Source: a virus. From it: DNA of 64,000 nt. The notes below the pieces were generated by a model. That model searched no databases. It was not told where the DNA came from and was given only the letters and a program-made list of their open reading frames with translations. Positions 39,401 through 47,448 of this stretch are shown here, one piece after another (the first letter of the stretch is position 1; each line of letters starts with the position of its first letter). The DNA lies in IMG/VR virus record IMGVR_UViG_3300023174_000063, one strand, 5' to 3'. The position numbers and the translations under genes were made by a program.

Positions 39401-40109
39401 GGAAGAAATCATGAAGAATCGTCCTTACAAGAATCTTGATGATCTTCTCTACGATGCGAGTGGTGAGTGGCGACACTCTAAGGTCAATAAGACTGCCATG
39501 CGATCACTCTGCCTTATCGAGGCTTTCTCCTCGCTTGAAGAGCTGAAGAGCGGTCGAATTAGAAATCATAGGCAGCTTTTGGCTCTCCTGACAGATGAGA
39601 AGAACTATGACACTCTTCGCAAGGGTCGCTTTGGATTGTCTCCAACACAGATCAAGAAGCTGCAGAAGAGCGGCGAGGTTGTTGTACCCATCATTGATAA
39701 GCTTATTGAGACTTACGAGGGGCTGCCCGACTGGAGTCGAACTGAGAAGCTTAAGAATCTCATGGAGATGACGTCCAGTGTCAGCAATGACCTGCTCTTC
39801 CCATCATCGTTAATGCGCAAAGTGAAAGAGAAGTCAGTGCCTTCAGTCTTTCAAATTCCAGGGGGTACAAAGGGCATTGGTTGGTTCTGCGTGACGGAAG
39901 TTCACCAGAAGTCAACCAAGAACGGAAAGAGCTTTTTGCGCCTTAGAATAATTGACAATGAGAATAATTCGACATGGCTGCGCTGCTGGGGCAAGTTTGA
40001 AGAAACACCGGATGAGTTCTCTCTCTGGATCGGTGAAATCGAAAATGACTCCAGCTGGGGCATGTCAACATCTTCCTGGAAGATTAAGCAGCTCAAGGCA
40101 TTTGAGTAA
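36435..40109 (+). CDS. dnaE: DNA polymerase III alpha subunit (family C)
   Basis: PHP motifs LHSHSSFS..DG, TDHG, DSH; GPGRGSAAGS; PDIDTD; GRHAGG; KFDFLGL; YQEQFM; FNKSHSVSY; C-terminal OB fold. Confidence 0.97.
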   Translation: MSFDSAALQNLLKISPPKNFTGLHSHSSFSTFDGLGYPKDHIEFITSEAQGMDSWALTDHGNGSGLAHARAAAVKKQKSGKKYRQLYGVEFYFVPSLDEWQKQIDAHQQSVKDAKSSREAQLLAESPTIIKPADEDDEQGGHVIENEEETKESKTDKPEWKRYYHLVVIAKNRVGLGNLFTLVKKSFKHGFYRFPRIDYKMLKEHGEGLVVSTACVGGLPSSLIYREFAGKSFNELTPDLLTGPAAEAAVKNIRGRLDNMADRFVDCVGRDNFFLELQFNDLPAQHLTNQCLIELSQRTGLPLVATADSHFPSPDKWQARELYKKLGWIGAKLDKTMIPKLEDMKTMLYPKNAEQMWEEFKKGYTQYSFYQGHEELVRDAIERTHDIAWQKCEDTWVDTSVKLPIHRFEDKTPFQRLVELAKDHLAQEGLADNPVYVERLKEELSDIKHLGHESYFLTMYEVFKRAEKRTLMGPGRGSAAGSLLNFLLGITQFDPLPYGLLWGRFLGRWRVSYPDIDTDAANRDILIDSARELYGDDAVIPVSNFNTLKLKSLIKDISKFYDVPFEEVNAMTGPLQDEVMPHARDDDQEKSVFVLKHEDCMKYSEGYRTFMEKYPDVAAHVETLFMENRSIGRHAGGVILADPTALEQSMPIISVRGELQTPWTEGMNFRNLEDNGFLKFDFLGLTLLKDVEDCIARILRRRGNKNPTFADVKAFFDENINCRYHKLDDPAVYKHVYHQRRKTGVFQFTNEGARKLCEEARPSSIEEVAAITAIYRPGPLKANVHRKYIKAREEFGAGRMKFDHPIIEEILGPTAGFLIYQEQFMELARRLGGFTNAESDQLRKTLVKKSLDTLDKKGSEKELAKQKFIEGAQKLHGLSPAITEPLWQTIDFMSVYCFNKSHSVSYAIDSYYAAWFHTHYETDWLATCLQSENNNPDGLEKTITEIKSYGYKFMQSDINYSGDVWMYSNELQAFIPPLSSVKGVGTTAMEEIMKNRPYKNLDDLLYDASGEWRHSKVNKTAMRSLCLIEAFSSLEELKSGRIRNHRQLLALLTDEKNYDTLRKGRFGLSPTQIKKLQKSGEVVVPIIDKLIETYEGLPDWSRTEKLKNLMEMTSSVSNDLLFPSSLMRKVKEKSVPSVFQIPGGTKGIGWFCVTEVHQKSTKNGKSFLRLRIIDNENNSTWLRCWGKFEETPDEFSLWIGEIENDSSWGMSTSSWKIKQLKAFE

Positions 40110-40118
40110 AACTAAATT

Positions 40119-40147
40119 TTGTACACATCGAGTGCATTGTGTATAAT
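40119..40147 (+). promoter_or_regulatory. Promoter TTGTAC-N17-TATAAT
   Basis: Upstream of the kinase/TS fusion; variant of the recurrent class. Confidence 0.65.
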
Positions 40148-40167
40148 ACGTTGAATCCAACAAGGAG

Positions 40168-41133
40168 ATGTTCATAATGCTGAACTTGAAGTGCATTACT
40201 ATTGAGGGCCCTGACTGCGCCGGCAAGAGCTCTCTCTATAATGATATTCATCGAGAAACTAGCTTTAGATGGAATATTCAAGACAGAGGTCAGCTAAGCA
40301 TGGTTTGCTATGCTAGACTCTATGAACGAGGTAGTGAAATAGTTGATCATTGGCGCGCAGAACTTCATGAGTACCTTAAAAATCTAAATCAACGTCTAAT
40401 TGTGCTTCTGCCGCCTCTTCGTGTGCTACACCAGCGCCTGGAGTCACGAGGCGACCCCATGCAGAATGCAGAGTCCCTGTCTAAACTTTACGAGATATTT
40501 GATGACGAGCTTAAGATTTTGCACGCTGAAGATCTGCCTAATGTGTTGGTTATTAGAGGCGAAAATTCCCTAGATGAAAACGTTAAGCATTGCCTGTCAT
40601 GGTTGGCGCATGCGGGCATTTCCACTGCTAGAAATATTGCCAGCGACGTAGAGGCTGCAGTATTTGCATCACCTAAGAATGAAATATGTGGTTTAAATTT
40701 TGAACTCAATTTCAAGAGCGGCACCGCCGAGTTTCAGGCGCTGGAGAATCCAGCAGTAATGCAGTATCTGCCAGAAGAGGTGTATTACTCTGAAATACTG
40801 TCAAAAGTTTTAAAGAATATTGACGACGAAATCAATGGTAGAAATCCTTACTCACGCCCTGAGAACCCGCGGAGTACGCGCCGTTTTATCTTTGCGCAAG
40901 ATAGCTGCATTTCTACTATTCATACAATGATTCGCGACGATTCGATGACAATGAAGGTCTACTGTAGATCATCAAATGTTACCAATACATTTCCCCATGA
41001 TCTAGGATTTATCTGCTATCTTTTCACTAGAGTTTATCATCATTTATTTCACCGTACGCTATGGCGACCAACAAATTGCTCTCTGCGAGTAGAGATTGGA
41101 TCTGCACATTTACCCGCAATGGCGGGCCACTAA
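40168..41133 (+). CDS. Fusion: dNMP (thymidylate-type) kinase + truncated thymidylate-synthase/dCMP-hydroxymethylase-like domain
   Basis: ITIEGPDCAGKS, DRGQLS..Y, LESRGD (kinase); STRRFI..DSCISTIHTMIRD..MKVYCRSSNVTNTFPHD...GSAHL (TS fold); start 40168 or 40177. Confidence 0.75.
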   Translation: MFIMLNLKCITIEGPDCAGKSSLYNDIHRETSFRWNIQDRGQLSMVCYARLYERGSEIVDHWRAELHEYLKNLNQRLIVLLPPLRVLHQRLESRGDPMQNAESLSKLYEIFDDELKILHAEDLPNVLVIRGENSLDENVKHCLSWLAHAGISTARNIASDVEAAVFASPKNEICGLNFELNFKSGTAEFQALENPAVMQYLPEEVYYSEILSKVLKNIDDEINGRNPYSRPENPRSTRRFIFAQDSCISTIHTMIRDDSMTMKVYCRSSNVTNTFPHDLGFICYLFTRVYHHLFHRTLWRPTNCSLRVEIGSAHLPAMAGH

Positions 41134-41152
41134 TATTACTGGGAGTAACGCT

Positions 41153-42178
41153 ATGCATGTTTTAGTCACAGGTGGCGCAGGTTTTATTGGCAGCAATCTT
41201 GTTCACGCTCTTGTCCAAAAAGGCTGGATCGTCGACGTTATTGATGATTTAAGCAGTGGTAATTTAGATAATCTTGCAGGTCTAGAGACAAGGTTTTTGA
41301 CGACTAATATCCTGCATTTCTATGAGGAGAATGTAGAGTCAGGTGACCATAAAAAAGTTCGTTTTATTACTGGAGACTTTGCAAATCTCAATGTTCTTCG
41401 ACGCATAGAGGCTGGAAAATATCGCTATATCTTCCATCTAGCTGCAGTACCTAGAGTTGGTTTTAGTGTTCAATTTCCTGCAGAAACCGCAGAAACTAAT
41501 CTTTTAAAGACAATCAAGCTTTTTGAATCTGCTTCAAAGTCTGGATCTTGTCGTGTTATTTTCTCTTCGTCATCTTCTGTGTACGGCAACGCATCTGTCA
41601 GACCCACGCCTGAGTCCATTACAAAGCACCCGAGGTCGCCATATGCGCTACAGAAACTACACTGCGAAGATTATGCACGTCTTTTTAGAGAACTTCACGG
41701 ATTAGATTTTGTTGCGCTTCGATATTTTAATGTCTATGGGCCTCGACAGTTTGGCAACTCTCCTTACGCAACCGCCATCTCAGCTTGGTGCACTGCAGTT
41801 CACACAGGAAAGCCGCTTCGAAGCGACGGCGACGGCACACAGTCTAGAGATCTCACGTATGTCGATGACGTAGTAGAAGCAAATATTAAGGCAGCATTGG
41901 CTGGAGCATCATGTTCAGGAGAGAGCTATAATATTGCTGCCGGTAAGCCTGTTTCAAATCTCAAGATTCTCGAGGCGTTTCGAGATCGTTACGGAGATAA
42001 AGTCACTATAACAAAAGCACCTTGGCGCCCCGGCGACGTGATGCATACAGAGGCCGACCCTATGAAGGCACGGCTACAACTAGGATTTACGTGCAGTGTA
42101 GACTTTGACACTGGTCTGCGCAAGACATTTGAATGGTGGGATAATATTGTGCGCCTGGAGGAAGAAAATCATGCTTGA
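41153..42178 (+). CDS. NDP-sugar epimerase/dehydratase (GalE/WbpP-like SDR)
   Basis: VLVTGGAGFIGS; HLAA; SSSSVYG; SPYALQK; LRYFNVYGPRQ; GDGTQSRDLTYVDDVV. Confidence 0.92.
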   Translation: MHVLVTGGAGFIGSNLVHALVQKGWIVDVIDDLSSGNLDNLAGLETRFLTTNILHFYEENVESGDHKKVRFITGDFANLNVLRRIEAGKYRYIFHLAAVPRVGFSVQFPAETAETNLLKTIKLFESASKSGSCRVIFSSSSSVYGNASVRPTPESITKHPRSPYALQKLHCEDYARLFRELHGLDFVALRYFNVYGPRQFGNSPYATAISAWCTAVHTGKPLRSDGDGTQSRDLTYVDDVVEANIKAALAGASCSGESYNIAAGKPVSNLKILEAFRDRYGDKVTITKAPWRPGDVMHTEADPMKARLQLGFTCSVDFDTGLRKTFEWWDNIVRLEEENHA

Positions 42179-42743
42179 TGAATTTACAGACCCAGAATTT
42201 ATTATTTTTACAGGACCCATGTGGGGGTCTAAAACAACGAGAATGTTGGCAGCTGTCGATAGATATCGATATCAAAAGCGCAGCATTGTTGCTTTTAAGC
42301 CCGTGATGGATGCTCGATATTCAGAACAAGAGATTAGGACACACTCGGGGGGCAGTCTTCCTGCTGTAGGTGTTAATACAGGGCATGATATCGAAGAGTA
42401 TCTGAGACAACTGGCAGTTAAGACTGATGTTGTAGCAGTCGATGAGGCATTCATGATCGATGGGTCTGCTGAGACACTTGTAAGACTCTTTAGGTCGGGC
42501 AAGACAATTGTTGTCTCTTCTCTCCAGCTTTCCGCTAGCGGCAACGTTTTTACGGAGATTAGAGACATGATGCCATGGGCAACTCGCATTGAGGTTTGCC
42601 CAGCAGTCTGCCCATTAACAGGCAGAGATGCTTACTACACGCATCGCAAAGTAGATGGGCTTAGTGAAATCACTGTAGGAGGCTCTGAGCTCTATGAGCC
42701 TAGGTGCTGGCGCTACCACTCTTATATGAACTTGCGAGACTGA
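42171..42743 (+). CDS. tdk: Thymidine kinase
   Basis: TGPMWGSKTT; FKPVMDARY; VAVDEAF; AVC; VGGSELYEPRC. Confidence 0.88.
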   Translation: MLDEFTDPEFIIFTGPMWGSKTTRMLAAVDRYRYQKRSIVAFKPVMDARYSEQEIRTHSGGSLPAVGVNTGHDIEEYLRQLAVKTDVVAVDEAFMIDGSAETLVRLFRSGKTIVVSSLQLSASGNVFTEIRDMMPWATRIEVCPAVCPLTGRDAYYTHRKVDGLSEITVGGSELYEPRCWRYHSYMNLRD

Positions 42744-42744
42744 T

Positions 42745-43158
42745 ATGACACAGAGAGTTCGTCCAAGTTGGGATAGTGTTTGGATGAAGATGGCTGAGAC
42801 AATTGCGCAGCGGTCACACGATAATCGCTGTCAAGTTGGCGCTGTTGTAGTGACGAGCGACAACACGCAAGTGCTGTCAGTCGGTTATAACGGAAATTAT
42901 GCAGGAGGGCCTGATTGCTCAGAATCAGAAGAACCAGGCATGTCAGGACTTTTGCATGCAGAAATTAATGCTCTCCTTAAACTTGATTACAACAATCCTA
43001 AGAAAAAGATTTTGTATGTAACAATGTCACCTTGCGCAATGTGCGCTAAGGCAATTGTCAATGCCGGCATCAATGAAGTAGTCTACTCGCTAGTCTATAG
43101 AGATCTCCAGTGTTTTAAGATTTTAGATGACGCAGGTGTTATTATAAGAAAAATTTAA
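42745..43158 (+). CDS. dCMP deaminase
   Basis: VGAVVV..VGYNG; HAEINA; SPCAMC. Confidence 0.92.
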   Translation: MTQRVRPSWDSVWMKMAETIAQRSHDNRCQVGAVVVTSDNTQVLSVGYNGNYAGGPDCSESEEPGMSGLLHAEINALLKLDYNNPKKKILYVTMSPCAMCAKAIVNAGINEVVYSLVYRDLQCFKILDDAGVIIRKI

Positions 43159-43188
43159 TGTGCCGCCTTAAAACACTGCTTAGTCGTA

Positions 43189-43209
43189 ATACTTATTGCG
43201 GTATATTTA
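43189..43209 (+). promoter_or_regulatory. Tandem putative late promoter motifs ATACTTA / ATATTTA
   Basis: At 43189 and 43203, at the start of the virion-protein block. Confidence 0.45.
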
Positions 43210-43240
43210 AAAAATATCTTCAAAGCAGGAGTGAAGCGAC

Positions 43241-46198
43241 ATGTCTTATTTTGATAGTAAAGAGATTAACCACTTAGCAGATCTAATTGATCAAGGCCAG
43301 AGTTATTCGTGGACGTCTCGTAAAGAGGAAATATTTTGGACAAAAGCAGCAGAAAAAATTCTTCGTGAGCATGCTGCTGGACAAAAATCACCTCTTTCAG
43401 AGGCAGCTCTTACTTCATTTTCTAGACGCAGCGGTATTTTAAGAGAGAGTCTAGAGACGCATCTTGTTCTTCACGCCGGAAATAGAAATCTTGCTTCTCT
43501 TCTTGAGGCAGATGATGAGATGACAAAGAAATTCGAAAAGGAGCCTGAAAAGAAGGGCTTCTTTGGAAGTATCGCTAAGGGTTTGGGTAAAGGTCTTGCA
43601 TGGATTGCAAAAAAACTTCCCGGCAAAACTCTAAAGTCCAGAAACTGGAGAATTTTAGGTGGCGGCGGTTCAAAGGAAGACGAGAAGTATAGAAAGGCCA
43701 AAGAGGAAGCACTTTCAGCTGCCTATTTGCCCATTCTAAAGAAAGAATTTGATAAAATAATTAACAATATCGACATTCAGGCATCAGGTCTAGACAAAAA
43801 AGGCATGCCCAATTTTGCAGGAGATGGGACAGGCGTAATTTTTAAAGAAATGATTTATTCGCTTGTTAATTTTGCACTAATGGCAAGATCCGCGACCGGT
43901 GCGGGCCCTACAAAATCTGGAGCCTCTGTAGAAATAAAGAGTGATAGTCCGTTTAAAGATGCCGGCATCACTGCTGATGATGCTAACGCGCTCATACGTG
44001 GCGTTCGAAAAGTTCTTCTTGGATGGGATAGAGAGCTCGAAGATAGATGGATTTACGCTCTTGAAGGAAGAAAAAATCAAAATCTCCCGCTTCTCTCAGA
44101 AGTTATTCTAGATGAAGCTCCAGAGGCACCAGAAAACGAGCTTGGCAAAGCTGGACAAAAAGCCAGCTCACAAAAGTCATATTCAATGAAGGGTCCTGCT
44201 GTGTTAGCAGCTTTAGGCGCGCTCGGAGGCGTGTTTGGATGGCTGACAACGCAGTCGTGGTTCATGCAAATGTTCACCGAACCTGCAAGGTGGTCATCCA
44301 TTTTAAAGGCGGTTAAGGCTGTTAAGACACTTGGCATAACGCAGGAAATAGCTTTTCTAATAGGTAGACCAGGTGAAAATATAAGCAGTATGACCGTCGG
44401 CGAAATGAAAGAACGCATGATGGAATTTGGATGGCTCGGAGACGACGGCATGCCCACTGAGAGGCTAATAAAAATGGCTGAAATGTGCGGCAACCCAGAT
44501 ATCGTGAAATGGTGGGCAAAGAATGTAGCTGGAAGAGGAAGCAAGGTCACATTAGAGCAAGCTATTCCTTTGAGCGGCGCCGGCGCCCCAGGCGCCGGCG
44601 GCGATATCGGTGTTTTAGAGACTGTCGGTTATGAGGTTAAAAAGACTCTAATCGATGCGGGTGGACTGTCAGCTCTCGGTACGCTAGTTGCAAAAGCCGG
44701 TGCAGTCGCCGGACCCTTGGGCGTAGGCTTGCTAGGTGGAGCAGCTGCATCAGCACTGCTTAGAAAGTACGGCAAGGAGAATAGCAGAGCATCAGTTATA
44801 CAGGCTGCTCTCGATCTTTTAGAAGATGCCGAAGTCGATCCTTCTGAAGTACCTGAAACGCCTCCCCCTTCGAGCGAGAAACCCGAAGGCAAACCCGATG
44901 GTTCTAAAACATCGCCTACAGGTGACAAGCCTGCCGATGCACCTCCTGTGCCTGACTTGGATGGCGACATGATAGCATTGGCGCGCTATGCATTTGCAAA
45001 ATCACTTAGAGACAATGTCGGCTTTGACCCTGAGAAGGACGTCGAACTCAATAGTGCCGCTGATGAAGATCTTAAACAGTGGAAAAAAGTAAATCCTAGC
45101 GCTTCTCCCGAGGAGACGCAGGATGCGCTAAAAGCCTTTAGAAAAAAGAGAGGGGTAAAACCTGCAGGAGATGAAGCACACAAAAAGGAATTTATAAAGG
45201 TTCTAAATCAAGTTGCTCGCGACAGGGCAATTGCTGAGTCTATGCACAGAAAATTGACATTAGTAGAAGCAACAGCGCTTTTGAACGCGGGAATACTACT
45301 GAGTGACGTACTTCAAGAGGCCGGCCCCAAGCGTCTAGGCTTAGGTGATCCTGATGGCTCAGATAAAATTTCTACAGGTCCTGACGGAAGAATGTTTAGG
45401 GGGCAGTTTTCGTGGGTGGATAAGCCTGAAGTTATTGACAAGATGTGGTCACACGCACTCAATCATTTCAAAAAGGAAGGTGGCAGCCACGATTCAACAA
45501 AAGAGATAGGTCGAGCAAAAGAACAGCTTTCACGTAAAAAAATATTCGGCGGTACAGGTGGAAAAGATGCCTCTGCTGAAGAAAAAAGATTTATGATGGG
45601 GGCGTCGCCTGAAGCGCAAAAGGCACTCAATAAAAAGATGCTAGAGATGCTGAATAAAATTGTTAGTAGCGGAGTCCTTTACTTCAAAGACAAGCTCTCA
45701 AGCAAGAGTATAGCGATGAATCTAAACAATAAAGACGTTGCAACAGATTCAGGTAAGCAATTTGTCATGCGCGCAATTGTTGAATATGGCAAGAACCTTA
45801 GAACCGACCCTAAGGCAGCCTGGACTCTACAGTATCTAAGGTTCCAATATTCTAAATTGATTGACGGAGCACCCACAGATGAAGGCAAGAAGGCCGCGGT
45901 CTTGTCTATTAATCCGCAAGGATTTGAACTTAAGCCCGGATCTCCTATGGGTGCTGTCGCATCCAGCCTTTTTGGCACAGAAAAGATGAACTTTATTAGC
46001 GCAGACAATAAAAATTGGTTTGGCGAAGTACGCAAAGAAGGCGCATCAGCACCTACGGGCGCTAGAATACCCGCAGCAAATTTCATGATTGGCGAGGCGA
46101 CAAAGCGCTCTAATTCTGGAAAAATTTTGGCTGAGTCAACTGTTCCGGCTCCCGTCGACCCTGTTCTTTTAAAATGGCAGAAATTAGCAGGACTTTGA
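43241..46198 (+). CDS. Large putative internal virion (ejection-type) protein with C-terminal KWQKLAGL tag
   Basis: 985 aa; many L/I-x-E-A/S motifs; Gly/Ala hydrophobic segments; Pro-rich linker. Confidence 0.55.
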   Translation: MSYFDSKEINHLADLIDQGQSYSWTSRKEEIFWTKAAEKILREHAAGQKSPLSEAALTSFSRRSGILRESLETHLVLHAGNRNLASLLEADDEMTKKFEKEPEKKGFFGSIAKGLGKGLAWIAKKLPGKTLKSRNWRILGGGGSKEDEKYRKAKEEALSAAYLPILKKEFDKIINNIDIQASGLDKKGMPNFAGDGTGVIFKEMIYSLVNFALMARSATGAGPTKSGASVEIKSDSPFKDAGITADDANALIRGVRKVLLGWDRELEDRWIYALEGRKNQNLPLLSEVILDEAPEAPENELGKAGQKASSQKSYSMKGPAVLAALGALGGVFGWLTTQSWFMQMFTEPARWSSILKAVKAVKTLGITQEIAFLIGRPGENISSMTVGEMKERMMEFGWLGDDGMPTERLIKMAEMCGNPDIVKWWAKNVAGRGSKVTLEQAIPLSGAGAPGAGGDIGVLETVGYEVKKTLIDAGGLSALGTLVAKAGAVAGPLGVGLLGGAAASALLRKYGKENSRASVIQAALDLLEDAEVDPSEVPETPPPSSEKPEGKPDGSKTSPTGDKPADAPPVPDLDGDMIALARYAFAKSLRDNVGFDPEKDVELNSAADEDLKQWKKVNPSASPEETQDALKAFRKKRGVKPAGDEAHKKEFIKVLNQVARDRAIAESMHRKLTLVEATALLNAGILLSDVLQEAGPKRLGLGDPDGSDKISTGPDGRMFRGQFSWVDKPEVIDKMWSHALNHFKKEGGSHDSTKEIGRAKEQLSRKKIFGGTGGKDASAEEKRFMMGASPEAQKALNKKMLEMLNKIVSSGVLYFKDKLSSKSIAMNLNNKDVATDSGKQFVMRAIVEYGKNLRTDPKAAWTLQYLRFQYSKLIDGAPTDEGKKAAVLSINPQGFELKPGSPMGAVASSLFGTEKMNFISADNKNWFGEVRKEGASAPTGARIPAANFMIGEATKRSNSGKILAESTVPAPVDPVLLKWQKLAGL

Positions 46199-46335
46199 AG
46201 AACTTTCTAAATTATTGAGAGAATCTTATTTTCTATTAAGAGCTTAAAATTGAGCTGAAGAACTAAAAGAAAATTTAAATAAAAAACTTCAAGTCGAACC
46301 GCTAGGCTTAAAATACAAGGAATTGGTGTGTAATC

Positions 46336-46767
46336 GTGAAACAGAATAAAAAAATTACTGAAATGCAACTCATTAATGAGATGAGACGTATCTACCGCCA
46401 GAGACTAAATGAGACACTTCAAGGAATAAATGAAGTAGAAGTACATGACAAACAAGGAAAAATTATAATTTCTCCAGGATTAAAAGTACGTCACAAGAAG
46501 AGCAAATTTGAATATACTATACAAGATATCGATTCTTCTAAGAAGACCGTCAATCTACTTTCTCCAGAGGCTCCTAGAGTTACAAGCACACCGTCAGGTT
46601 CGTCAAAAATGAAAATGCTGCCAGACGAAGAACTAATTAAACTTATGAATAGTAAAATTGAAATACCTGCAAATCTTTTGCAGGGCGGCGAAGATGATTC
46701 ACAGAATGAAGAAGTACTCGCTGTTTCTTTTGCAGAATTTACCAAAAATTATGAGGTTACAGAATGA
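46336..46767 (+). CDS. Hypothetical protein, putative virion protein
   Basis: KITEMQLINE, LNET, INEV motifs; ATGA overlap with next gene. Confidence 0.7.
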   Translation: MKQNKKITEMQLINEMRRIYRQRLNETLQGINEVEVHDKQGKIIISPGLKVRHKKSKFEYTIQDIDSSKKTVNLLSPEAPRVTSTPSGSSKMKMLPDEELIKLMNSKIEIPANLLQGGEDDSQNEEVLAVSFAEFTKNYEVTE

Positions 46768-47447
46768 GCGATAGCAAAATTGATGCAGACATCAAGAAGA
46801 TTTTAGGTCTCAATGATCGCATTGTTAGCGAATCGTATGTAACTGCTGCAAAAAAATATGACGTCACGTCAGAGTTGCTTAGCGAGAAAAGTAAGTCTGC
46901 ACGCCAGAAGGAATATGAGAAGTACATTGATGCTCTAAATAAAGTTTCTGCGCAGCTTGATACTGCAAATCGACAGGAAGCAAATAGATTCTCGTCTGAG
47001 TTTAGGCATTGCAAGACAGAAGAGTCACATTTGCTGACCACTGCGTTTTTAAAGGCATATCATTTTGAAAACATCAGTGATCTTAGGAGTCAAATCGCCG
47101 TAGACTCTATTTGCTTCATGCGACTCGAGCGAGACTTTGGTTCATTTGATGATTGGCAGAAAGATTTTATTGCCTGTGGCATGTCAGCTAGAAATGGTTT
47201 TGTAATAACTGCATACAGCTTTTTGCTTCGAAGATATATTAATGTTATAGTAGATAATCAGTCTCAGGGAGTCCCTGTTGCATGTATGCCTGTTATCGTT
47301 CTCGATGTCTCAGACGGTGCTTACTATAGAGACTATTTAGATGATAGAAAGTCTTATATGACAGCAATGATGAAAGAGTTTGATTGGGAAAAAATTGAGG
47401 ATCGCTTCAAGCAGTCTGACAAAATGTCTAAGGTGATGGGGGCTTAA
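46764..47447 (+). CDS. Fe/Mn superoxide dismutase-like protein, degenerate (metal His ligands lost)
   Basis: FENI; LERDFGSFDDWQKDF; PVIVLDVSDGAYYRDY..DRKSY...FDWEKIEDRF (canonical DVWEHAYY). Confidence 0.75.
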   Translation: MSDSKIDADIKKILGLNDRIVSESYVTAAKKYDVTSELLSEKSKSARQKEYEKYIDALNKVSAQLDTANRQEANRFSSEFRHCKTEESHLLTTAFLKAYHFENISDLRSQIAVDSICFMRLERDFGSFDDWQKDFIACGMSARNGFVITAYSFLLRRYINVIVDNQSQGVPVACMPVIVLDVSDGAYYRDYLDDRKSYMTAMMKEFDWEKIEDRFKQSDKMSKVMGA

Positions 47448-47448
47448 C

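Noticed and set aside
46199-46335. Intergenic gap as tRNA/ncRNA or missed gene
   Set aside because: No cloverleaf or T-loop motif, and only very short open frames on the + strand
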